64,000 bases of DNA, taken from assembly GCA_965223925.1 (NCBI GenBank), contig OZ245028.1, positions 2,914,022-2,978,021 on the forward strand, read 5' to 3'. A program made the translations under genes and the position numbers. The stretch is from Longimicrobiales bacterium (lineage in GTDB: Bacteria; Gemmatimonadota; Gemmatimonadetes; Longimicrobiales; Gaopeijiaceae). This document shows positions 1-9,207 of this stretch, in pieces. How positions within the stretch are numbered: the first letter of the stretch is position 1; every line of letters begins with the position of its first letter. The notes beneath the pieces were generated by a model. That model saw nothing but the letters and a program-made list of their open reading frames with translations, was not told the DNA's origin and ran no database searches.

Positions 1-3000
1 CACCGTGTACGGCGTTCCGTTGGCCAGACCGGTGATGGTGCGGGCGGTCGTCGTCCCGCTCGAGATCACATGCTGGCGCGCGTCCGCCGCGGCGTCCGCG
101 AAGGTCTCCGTACCCGACTTCCACTGCACCTTGTAGCCCGTGGCCCCGCTCACCGCGCTCCAGGACAGGGCCAACTGAGCATCGCCCTCCGTCACCGACA
201 GTCCGGTCACCGCTCCCGGCCGGGGCGGCGGCGCCGTCGGCGTGCCGGTCTTCTCGTCCGAAGGGGGGCCGTCGCCCACCGAGTTGGTCGCGATCACCCG
301 CACCGTGTACGGCGTTCCGTTGGCCAGACCGGTGATGGTGCGGGCGGTCGTCGTCCCGCTCGAGATCACATGCTGGCGCGCGTCCGCCGCGGCGTCCGCG
401 AAGGTCTCCGTACCCGACTTCCACTGCACCTTGTAGCCCGTGGCCCCGCTCACCGCGCTCCAGGACAGGGCCAACTGAGCATCGCCCTCCGTCACCGACA
501 GTCCGGTCACCGCTCCCGGCCGGGGCGGCGGCGCCGTCGGCGTGCCGGTCTTCTCGTCCGAAGGGGGGCCGTCGCCCACCGAGTTGGTCGCGATCACCCG
601 CACCGTGTACGGCGTTCCGTTGGCCAGACCGGTGATGGTGCGGGCGGTCGTCGTCCCGCTCGAGATCACATGCTGGCGCGCGTCCGCCGCGGCGTCCGCG
701 AAGGTCTCCGTACCCGACTTCCACTGCACCTTGTAGCCCGTGGCCCCGCTCACCGCGCTCCAGGACAGGGCCAACTGCGCATCGCCCTCCGTCACCGACA
801 GTCCGGTCACCGCTCCCGGCCGGGGCGGCGGCGCCGTCGGCGTGCCGGTCTTCTCGTCCGAAGGGGGGCCGTCGCCCACCGAGTTGGTCGCGATCACCCG
901 CACCGTGTACGGCGTTCCGTTGGCCAGACCGGTGATGGTGCGGGCGGTCGTCGTCCCGCTCGAGATCACATGCTGGCGCGCGTCCGCCGCGGCGTCCGCG
1001 AAGGTCTCCGTACCCGACTTCCACTGCACCTTGTAGCCCGTGGCCCCGCTCACCGCGCTCCAGGACAGGGCCAACTGAGCATCGCCCTCCGTCACCGACA
1101 GTCCGGTCACCGCTCCCGGCCGGGGCGGCGGCGCCGTCGGCGTGCCGGTCTTCTCGTCCGAAGGGGGGCCGTCGCCCACCGAGTTGGTCGCGATCACCCG
1201 CACCGTGTACGGCGTTCCGTTGGCCAGACCGGTGATGGTGCGGGCGGTCGTCGTCCCGCTCGAGATCACATGCTGGCGCGCGTCCGCCGCGGCGTCCGCG
1301 AAGGTCTCCGTACCCGACTTCCACTGCACCTTGTAGCCCGTGGCCCCGCTCACCGCGCTCCAGGACAGGGCCAACTGAGCATCGCCCTCCGTCACCGACA
1401 GTCCGGTCACCGCTCCCGGCCGGGGCGGCGGCGCCGTCGGCGTGCCGGTCTTCTCGTCCGAAGGGGGGCCGTCGCCCACCGAGTTGGTCGCGATCACCCG
1501 CACCGTGTACGGTGTTCCGTTGGCCAGACCGGTGATGGTGCGGGCGGTCGTCGTCCCGCTCGAGATCACATGCTGGCGCGCGTCCGCCGCGGCGTCCGCG
1601 AAGGTCTCCGTACCCGACTTCCACTGCACCTTGTAGCCCGTGGCCCCGCTCACCGCGCTCCAGGACAGGGCCAACTGAGCATCGCCCTCCGTCACCGACA
1701 GTCCGGTCACCGCTCCCGGCCGGGGCGGCGGCGCCGTCGGCGTGCCGGTCTTCTCGTCCGAAGGGGGGCCGTCGCCCACCGAGTTGGTCGCGATCACCCG
1801 CACCGTGTACGGCGTTCCGTTGGCCAGACCGGTGATGGTGCGGGCGGTCGTCGTCCCGCTCGAGATCACATGCTGGCGCGCGTCCGCCGCGGCGTCCGCG
1901 AAGGTCTCCGTACCCGACTTCCACTGCACCTTGTAGCCCGTGGCCCCGCTCACCGCGCTCCAGGACAGGGCCAACTGAGCATCGCCCTCCGTCACCGACA
2001 GTCCGGTCACCGCTCCCGGCCGGGGCGGCGGCGCCGTCGGCGTGCCGGTCTTCTCGTCCGAAGGGGGGCCGTCGCCCACCGAGTTGGTCGCGATCACCCG
2101 CACCGTGTACGGCGTTCCGTTGGCCAGACCGGTGATGGTGCGGGCGGTCGTCGTCCCGCTCGAGATCACATGCTGGCGCGCGTCCGCCGCGGCGTCCGCG
2201 AAGGTCTCCGTACCCGACTTCCACTGCACCTTGTAGCCCGTGGCCCCGCTCACCGCGCTCCAGGACAGGGCCAACTGAGCATCGCCCTCCGTCACCGACA
2301 GTCCGGTCACCGCTCCCGGCCGGGGCGGCGGCGCCGTCGGCGTGCCGGTCTTCTCGTCCGAAGGGGGGCCGTCGCCCACCGAGTTGGTCGCGATCACCCG
2401 CACCGTGTACGGCGTTCCGTTGGCCAGACCGGTGATGGTGCGGGCGGTCGTCGTCCCGCTCGAGATCACATGCTGGCGCGCGTCCGCCGCGGCGTCCGCG
2501 AAGGTCTCCGTACCCGACTTCCACTGCACCTTGTAGCCCGTGGCCCCGCTCACCGCGCTCCAGGACAGGGCCAACTGAGCATCGCCCTCCGTCACCGACA
2601 GTCCGGTCACCGCTCCCGGCCGGGGCGGCGGCGCCGTCGGCGTGCCGGTCTTCTCGTCCGAAGGGGGGCCGTCGCCCACCGAGTTGGTCGCGATCACCCG
2701 CACCGTGTACGGCGTTCCGTTGGCCAGACCGGTGATGGTGCGGGCGGTCGTCGTCCCGCTCGAGATCACATGCTGGCGCGCGTCCGCCGCGGCGTCCGCG
2801 AAGGTCTCCGTACCCGACTTCCACTGCACCTTGTAGCCCGTGGCCCCGCTCACCGCGCTCCAGGACAGGGCCAACTGAGCATCGCCCTCCGTCACCGACA
2901 GTCCGGTCACCGCTCCCGGCCGGGGCGGCGGCGCCGTCGGCGTGCCGGTCTTCTCGTCCGAAGGGGGGCCGTCGCCCACCGAGTTGGTCGCGATCACCCG

Positions 3001-3945
3001 CACCGTGTACGGCGTTCCGTTGGCCAGACCGGTGATGGTGCGGGCGGTCGTCGTCCCGCTCGAGATCACATGCTGGCGCGCGTCCGCCGCGGCGTCCGCG
3101 AAGGTCTCCGTACCCGACTTCCACTGCACCTTGTAGCCCGTGGCCCCGCTCACCGCGCTCCAGGACAGGGCCAACTGCGCATCGCCCTCCGTCACCGACA
3201 GTCCGGTCACCGCTCCCGGCCGGGGCGGCGGCGCCGTCGGCGTGCCGGTCTTCTCGTCCGAAGGGGGGCCGTCGCCCACCGAGTTGGTCGCGATCACCCG
3301 CACCGTGTACGGCGTTCCGTTGGCCAGACCGGTGATGGTGCGGGCGGTCGTCGTCCCGCTCGAGATCACATGCTGGCGCGCGTCCGCCGCGGCGTCCGCG
3401 AAGGTCTCCGTACCCGACTTCCACTGCACCTTGTAGCCCGTGGCCCCGCTCACCGCGCTCCAGGACAGGGCCAACTGAGCATCGCCCTCCGTCACCGACA
3501 GTCCGGTCACCGCTCCCGGCCGGGGCGGCGGCGCCGTCGGCGTGCCGGTCTTCTCGTCCGAAGGGGGGCCGTCGCCCACCGAGTTGGTCGCGATCACCCG
3601 CACCGTGTACGGCGTTCCGTTGGCCAGACCGGTGATGGTGCGGGCGGTCGTCGTCCCGCTCGAGATCACATGCTGGCGCGCGTCCGCCGCGGCGTCCGCG
3701 AAGGTCTCCGTACCCGACTTCCACTGCACCTTGTAGCCCGTGGCCCCGCTCACCGCGCTCCAGGACAGGGCCAACTGCGCATCGCCCTCCGTCACCGACA
3801 GTCCGGTCACCGCTCCCGGCCGGGGCGGCGGCGCCGTCGGCGTGCCGGTCTTCTCGTCCGAAGGGGGGCCGTCGCCCACCGAGTTGGTCGCGATCACCCG
3901 CACCGTGTACGGCGTTCCGTTGGCCAGACCGGTGATGGTGCGGGC
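1..3945. repeat. Tandem repeat array with an exact 300-bp period: 13 full units plus a 45-bp partial unit. It runs off the left edge of the window.
   Basis: Units start at 1, 301, 601 ... 3901 (caccgtgtacggcgttccgt...). The only differences seen are A->C at 778, 3178 and 3778, and C->T at 1513. Confidence 0.97.
1..3945 (-). CDS. Partial ORF of at least 13 tandem fibronectin type III-like 100-aa modules (fragment of a giant surface adhesin). No start codon or 5' region.
   Basis: The minus-strand frame is open through the whole array. It repeats PPPPRPGAVTGLSVTEGDAQLALSWSAVSGATGYKVQWKSGTETFADAAADARQHVISSGTTTARTITGLANGTPYTVRVIATNSVGDGPPSDEKTGTPTA, an FN3 pattern (W..., GY.V.W, Y.V.V.A.N..G.G). 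The module has no Met, so it is absent from the ORF track. Confidence 0.6.
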
Positions 3946-4160
3946 CCACGGGCTACAAGGTGCAGTGGAAGTCGGGTACGGAGACCTTCGCGGACGCCGC
4001 GGCGGACGCGCGCCAGCATGTGATCTCGAGCGGGACGACGACCGCCCGCACCATCACCGGTCTGGCCAACGGAACGCCGTACACGGTGCGGGTGATCGCG
4101 ACCAACTCGGTGGGCGACGGCCCCCCTTCGGACGAGAAGACCGGCACGCCGACGGCGCCG
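3829..4160. repeat. Perfect fold-back (inverted repeat) where the FN3 array switches strand: 117-bp stem (3829-3945 / 4044-4160) with a 98-nt loop.
   Basis: 3946-4160 is the exact reverse complement of the repeat unit (offsets 143->1, then 300->229). Similarity ends at 4160. Confidence 0.9.
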
Positions 4161-6656
4161 GTAGCCACGCCGGGCCTCCGGGTCACGACGCTGGCCATGT
4201 CGTTGCGAGAAGGCGATTCGAAGACCTACGGCGTGGCGCTGGGGAGCGCTCCCGCGGCTTCGGTGACGGTCACGGTAGGCGGCTGGCCGGGTACCGATGT
4301 CGAAGTTGAACCCTCGAGCCTGGTCTTCACGACATCCAACTGGGGTGCGTCGCAGACCGTGACTGTTACGGCCAAGCAGGATGACCACTACGAGTCAACC
4401 CATGAGGTAACGTTGACACACAATTCGGGCGCCGGCGTGGCGGGCCCATCGCTGAAGGTGACTGTGATCGACGACGACGGTCCACTTCCAAGTGTGTCGC
4501 TACGAGCGCTCTCGGACTCGGTGAAGGAGGGAGAGGTCATCGGGTTCGAGCTCACGCGGACGCCCCCGCTAGGCGGTGCCCTGAGGGGCGGGATCTTCGT
4601 GTTCGACCTGGAAACGGGATCGTACTCCGACGCAATGGTCGCGTTCTATTTCCAACCGGGGGACGCCACGGACCGTATTTCCTACCGGGTGAAGATCGAC
4701 ACCCTGGTGACGACTGACAGGACGGTCAAGGCCATGATCAACCCGACCTTCGACGGGTACGAACCGGGGTCTCCCCGGGAAGCCACGGTCAGCGTGATCG
4801 ACCAGACCGTCAATCAGGCCAGTGGCGACACGGCGCCCGAGACCGGCGTCGCCTTCAGCGGCGCGCCGCTCGCGGCGACCGAGGGCGAGGACATCACCGT
4901 AGTCGTTCGATTGAGCGAGCCGGCGGAGGCCAACGTAACGATCCCACTGGTGGTCAGTGGCTTGGGCGGCGCGAACGATGAGGACTGGGATGTCCCCTCG
5001 GAGGTCGTGATCAAAGGAGGAGATTCTCTGGGAGCGGTGCTGATCTCGGCGGTGGACGATGCCGAGGAGGATCCCGGGGAATCCCTCGAACTCAGCTTCG
5101 GAACGTTGCCGCTGGGTTTCGCGGCGGCGGATCCGCGGAAGGTCGTGGTCGACATCGAAGACAACGACCAGTTCCGCATGGGTGCCGAGGAGACGCGGGG
5201 ATGGCTAGCGCGGTTCGGACGCGCCGCATCGGGGGAGGCCGTCGAGGCGGTGCGCGAGCGCATGGGTGCCGGGCTGCGCCCGTCCGAGGAGTCGCGCGTC
5301 AGGGTGGGCGGCGACGATCTGAGCGCGTGGCGGGCCGCGATGTTCCCGGTCGGCGGGAGGGCGGGTGTCGCCCCGGCGCCCGCATCGGGCAGCGAGGTGA
5401 CGTCCTCCCGGGCGGGCAGCCAGGCTCGCGTGTTCTTCGGCCGCCTTTTCTCAGGTACGTCCTTCACCCGCACGGGCGCCTTCGGCCAGGATGCGTCCAG
5501 GCGGTGGAGCGTGTGGGGCCGGGGTGGAGTGTCGAGTTTCGATGGCCGTGACGGCGCCCTGTCGCTGAGCGGCGACCTGACCACCGTCACCCTGGGCGCC
5601 GACTACGGCTCCGGGCGGGCTCTGGGTGGCGTGGTGCTCTCGCGCAGCACGGCCGACGGCAGCCTGGCCGGCGGGGATGGTCCCGGTGGTCAGGTGGAGA
5701 CGACCCTGATGGCCGCGTACCCGTGGCTGCGCTATGCGCTGACCGACCGTGTCTCCGTGTGGGGCATGGGAGGATACGGCGCCGGCTCGATGCCCGGCTC
5801 GCCGGGTGACGCGGGGGCCGGTATGGATGTCGAGATGCGGATGGGTGCGCTGGGCGCGGCCGGCCAGCTCGTCTCAACGCGTGCCCTGGCCCTCGCTCTT
5901 TCCTCGGATGCCTTGTTCACCCGTACTTCGGCGGCGGGCGCGACGATGCCAGGCGATGCGGGAGCCGACGTGAGCCGTGTTCGCCTGATGCTCGAGGGCT
6001 CGTCGTCGATCGAGATGGCCGGGGGCACTCTCCGCCCAACCTTCGAAGTCGGATTCCGTCAGGACGGCGGCGATGCCGAGACCGGGGCGGGTCTGGAAGC
6101 CGGCGGCGGGTTCGGATACTCGCTGCCGTCACTGGGGCTCGCCGTTGAAGGCCGAGTGCGGGGGCTGATCGCCCACGAGAACGACGGCTACGACGAGTGG
6201 GGCGCGTCCGGTTTGGTGCGCATCGCACCGGATCCGTCGGGCCGCGGGCTCAACCTGAACCTGTCGCCCTCCTGGGGCAGCGCGGGCCCCGGGGGCGCGC
6301 GGGCGTTGTGGTCCAGGCGCAACATGGCCGGTATTGCGACGAGGCCGGGTGGCGCATCGGGGGTCGGCAGTGGAAGCGTAGTGCTGGATCTGGGCTATGG
6401 GCTGGCCGTGTCCCGGCAGACCATTGTGACGCCCTACGGCGGAACCATGGACGGCGCGCGGCGGTTGGGCCTGCGCGTCAGGACCGGGCCGTCGCTGCAG
6501 ATCAAGTTGGAGAACGTGGAAGGGAACGGTCACGGCGGGCTGCTGCTCAACGCAGCATATCGATCAGGTTCATTCTTGAGGCTTGCGTTCGAAGCCCGTC
6601 GGAACACGGCGGGCGAGATGAGTCTCGGCCTGACTGGACAGGTTGGCGAAAGGTGA
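3960..6656 (+). CDS. 3' part of an FN3 / Calx-beta-repeat adhesin with a C-terminal autotransporter-type beta-barrel. The 5' end is cut by the fold-back junction.
   Basis: The ORF opens mid-FN3 (YKVQWKSGTETF...), with an in-frame TGA at 3933-3935. Calx-beta-like blocks end in VTVIDDD, VSVIDQ and VVDIEDND. The C-terminus has an RWSVWGRGGVSSFDG..LSGDLTTVTLGADYG ... FRQDGGDAETGAGLE pattern, typical of autotransporter beta-domains. Confidence 0.75.
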   Translation: MQWKSGTETFADAAADARQHVISSGTTTARTITGLANGTPYTVRVIATNSVGDGPPSDEKTGTPTAPVATPGLRVTTLAMSLREGDSKTYGVALGSAPAASVTVTVGGWPGTDVEVEPSSLVFTTSNWGASQTVTVTAKQDDHYESTHEVTLTHNSGAGVAGPSLKVTVIDDDGPLPSVSLRALSDSVKEGEVIGFELTRTPPLGGALRGGIFVFDLETGSYSDAMVAFYFQPGDATDRISYRVKIDTLVTTDRTVKAMINPTFDGYEPGSPREATVSVIDQTVNQASGDTAPETGVAFSGAPLAATEGEDITVVVRLSEPAEANVTIPLVVSGLGGANDEDWDVPSEVVIKGGDSLGAVLISAVDDAEEDPGESLELSFGTLPLGFAAADPRKVVVDIEDNDQFRMGAEETRGWLARFGRAASGEAVEAVRERMGAGLRPSEESRVRVGGDDLSAWRAAMFPVGGRAGVAPAPASGSEVTSSRAGSQARVFFGRLFSGTSFTRTGAFGQDASRRWSVWGRGGVSSFDGRDGALSLSGDLTTVTLGADYGSGRALGGVVLSRSTADGSLAGGDGPGGQVETTLMAAYPWLRYALTDRVSVWGMGGYGAGSMPGSPGDAGAGMDVEMRMGALGAAGQLVSTRALALALSSDALFTRTSAAGATMPGDAGADVSRVRLMLEGSSSIEMAGGTLRPTFEVGFRQDGGDAETGAGLEAGGGFGYSLPSLGLAVEGRVRGLIAHENDGYDEWGASGLVRIAPDPSGRGLNLNLSPSWGSAGPGGARALWSRRNMAGIATRPGGASGVGSGSVVLDLGYGLAVSRQTIVTPYGGTMDGARRLGLRVRTGPSLQIKLENVEGNGHGGLLLNAAYRSGSFLRLAFEARRNTAGEMSLGLTGQVGER

Positions 6657-6660
6657 ACAG

Positions 6661-6888
6661 CTACCAGATGCATCGAATACCGTAGACGTCGAACAGTGGC
6701 TCGATCGAGACGAGGGGGAGGTCGTGCGCGAGAGACTGGCCGATCAACATGCGGTCGAACGGGTCGCGGTGGAGACCGGGGAGCCTCCCCGCGTGTTCGG
6801 CGTGCGCAACTGTGATCGGGAGTTGCTGAAAGCCCTGGTCCTCGATGCAGGCCTGGGCATCCCCGGCCACCACGTCCGCTCCGGGCAA
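6661..6888 (-). pseudogene. PIN-domain (VapC-like) toxin, C-terminal fragment only.
   Basis: GFQQLPITVAHAEHAGRLPGLHRDPFDRMLIGQSLAHDLPLVS matches the conserved C-terminal H.DPFDR.LiAQa block of PIN toxins. An in-frame stop lies just upstream (6943-6945), and the N-terminal half is not recoverable in one frame. Confidence 0.5.
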
Positions 6889-7218
6889 CCTGCCAGGAGA
6901 GAAGAGCGCCCGCGGATCGAGTTGCCGGTATCGCCAGCCCGATCAGGCCGAAGCTGGCCGCGACTGCCGACGCGGGTGCCGCCGCTCGACCCGGCCCGGA
7001 CGCGGTCGAGGGCGTAGGCGTTGCGGGTCGTGTCGAACGACGAACTCACCGACTGGCGCGGACTGAAGGCCAGTTGGCCATGGTGGTCGTGGCCAGCACA
7101 ATCGCCCACCGGGTCACATGGCTCCAGAACGACGGAACATGCGGCCCCTGAGTACAGCAACGGTCGCGGCATTGGTAGCCGCCGCTAGCCTGAGTCGGCG
7201 GCCCGAGCCGGCCTTCGC

Positions 7219-8994
7219 CTATCGCGCCAGGCTCTCCCGTATCGCACGCACAGTGATCTCGGTGCGGTACGCAATGAGCTCCCGACCGATTTCCAGGGTT
7301 CTTTCCAGAGGCCCCAGCTCTACTGCGTTGATCGAGTAGAGTCCCGCCTCGATCCGTTGGCGCGCGCGGATGCGCTCCGGATCGGTGGTCGCCACGATTG
7401 ACGAGTAGTGGACATCGTCGTGATAGAGGTCCCGTGTCGCGGAACAGGTATCCGGCTTCTGGAAGATTCGCAGCTCTTCCTCCAGATACTCGCAGCTCCA
7501 GATATCCTCCCGATAGTACTCCTCGATATAGTGGGCACGTGCCGTGCCGCCCCAGTGATCGTTGAGCTTGTCCGCGGTCTCGGACATCCCGCTCTGGTTG
7601 CCCCCGCTGTCGCCGATGAAAACGACATCGGTGAATCCCTGGCTCTTCAGGCTGCTGGCCACGTCCTCGAGCACCATGCGGAAGGTTTCCTGGCGGACGC
7701 TGAGGGTTCCGGGATAGAGGATGTTCTCCGGATCTCCCTCGGGGACGTACTTCATGACCGGCGCGCACAGCGCGTTGCCCAGCTCGCGCGCGATCGCGTC
7801 GCACATCGCCTCGAGCACGTAGTTGTGCTTCCCGCCGGCCACGTACGGGCCGTTCTGCTCGACCCCGCCGGTCGCTATGATGCCGATCGTCTTCCCGGAT
7901 GCGATCTCGTCCCGCACCTCCATCCAGGTGAGTTCGTCGATCCAGATCGAGTTGATGCCCTCGATGGGCCGGAGAGCATTCCTCATCGCCTCCTGGCGGC
8001 GCTGCCGCTCGACGAGCTGCTCCGGCGTGAGGTTGCGGCGGTCCTGTGCATCGGACCCGCCAACGAACCGGCAGCGCCCCATCTGGCAGCGAATGCCGGT
8101 CAGCTCCTGGCTGAGCCGCTTGAGCCTCGCACGCGCCTCCGGGTCGTAAGCCTGGTCATTGCCGCGGGTGGGCCTGAGGCCGCTGAAGTACTGCCCACTC
8201 TCGAAGTCGTCCGAGTCGACCACCTGCATCGTGGCGTCGGCGCCCTCGGCGATGGTGGAGCGCGGTGTCGCGCCCGCCCGCCGCACCATCTCGGTCGGCA
8301 TGTAGGTAGCCGGATGGAGAGAGCCGACCACAATGCCGGTTCCGTCCAGCTCCTCGGCCAGGTCGAGGGTGAACATGACCTGGGCGAGCTTGCTCTGGGC
8401 GTAGGCACGACGCCCGCTGAAGTTGTTCTCGATCATCACGTCGTCGAAATCGATCGGGGTCTGCGCACCGGACGACACGTTCACAATGCGCGACGGCGCG
8501 CTGGTGAGGAGACGCGGCATGAGCATGTGCGTGAGCAGAAAGGTGGAGAGGTAGTTCACCTGGAAGCGGTACTCGTGGCCGTCCTCGGTGACCAGTCGCT
8601 CGTCCGGGGCCGAGCCGAAGCCCGCGTTGTTGATGAGGATGTCCAGCCGGTCGTAGTCGGCCAGCAGCGTCTCGGCGAACTGGCGGACTGCGTTCATTGA
8701 CGCGAAATCGGCGCGGTAGAAGCGGGCGCTCCCGGGTCCCTCCGCATTGATGGCATCCACCACCTCCGCGCCTCGCTCCTCGTTGCGCCCGTGGACGATG
8801 ACGTGATCGCCCCGCGCTCCGAGGCGGAGGGCGAGCTCGCGGCCGAGGCCGGAGGTTGAGCCGGTGACGAGGGCGACGTGCTGGCCGGGTTCGGGCGTCG
8901 CCTGGGCCAGGACGTCGGTGGCGGAGGTGGGCCAGGCTGCGATGAGGACGGCGGCGGCCATCGCGGCGGCGAGGTTCTTGAGTGTGGTGGTCAT
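7219..8994 (-). CDS. Secreted fusion protein: N-terminal short-chain dehydrogenase/reductase plus a C-terminal creatininase-family domain.
   Basis: Signal peptide MTTTLKNLAAAMAAAVLIAAWPTSA. SDR motifs are ALVTGSTSGLGRELA, NNAG and YAQSKLA. The second half (ELTWMEVRDEIASGKTIGIIATGGVEQNGPYVAGGKHNYV ... GTLSVRQETF ... VVFIGDSGGNQSG) is homologous to both halves of 13305..15101. Confidence 0.8.
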   Translation of the reverse strand: MTTTLKNLAAAMAAAVLIAAWPTSATDVLAQATPEPGQHVALVTGSTSGLGRELALRLGARGDHVIVHGRNEERGAEVVDAINAEGPGSARFYRADFASMNAVRQFAETLLADYDRLDILINNAGFGSAPDERLVTEDGHEYRFQVNYLSTFLLTHMLMPRLLTSAPSRIVNVSSGAQTPIDFDDVMIENNFSGRRAYAQSKLAQVMFTLDLAEELDGTGIVVGSLHPATYMPTEMVRRAGATPRSTIAEGADATMQVVDSDDFESGQYFSGLRPTRGNDQAYDPEARARLKRLSQELTGIRCQMGRCRFVGGSDAQDRRNLTPEQLVERQRRQEAMRNALRPIEGINSIWIDELTWMEVRDEIASGKTIGIIATGGVEQNGPYVAGGKHNYVLEAMCDAIARELGNALCAPVMKYVPEGDPENILYPGTLSVRQETFRMVLEDVASSLKSQGFTDVVFIGDSGGNQSGMSETADKLNDHWGGTARAHYIEEYYREDIWSCEYLEEELRIFQKPDTCSATRDLYHDDVHYSSIVATTDPERIRARQRIEAGLYSINAVELGPLERTLEIGRELIAYRTEITVRAIRESLAR

Positions 8995-9207
8995 GGTGCC
9001 AACTTCGCTTTTTTGGATGGGTGGGCGGGTTGGGAGAGAAGGTAGGGGCGCCCGCCGGCCGGGGCGATGCCGAAAGCCTGACGTTACGTGAGGGTTACCG
9101 CATCGGGCGCTTGGCGCCGAGGGTGGCCAGGCGGTCGCCGAAGCGGTGCGCGACCATGCCGAAGGCCGCGACTACAAGGCGGAGGGGAGGTGCGGACGCC
9201 GAAGCGG

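Noticed and set aside
1-3945. Possibility that the regular repeat array is a CRISPR array.
   Set aside because: The units are 300 bp and contiguous, with no unique spacers. The array is coding (FN3 modules).
70-4023. A 1317-aa plus-strand ORF and the series of 64/98-aa ORFs across the tandem array.
   Set aside because: They are Arg/Gly/Pro-rich, low-complexity translations of the antisense frames of the FN3 repeat. They are kept open only by GC bias and repetition. The minus strand gives a clean FN3 module.
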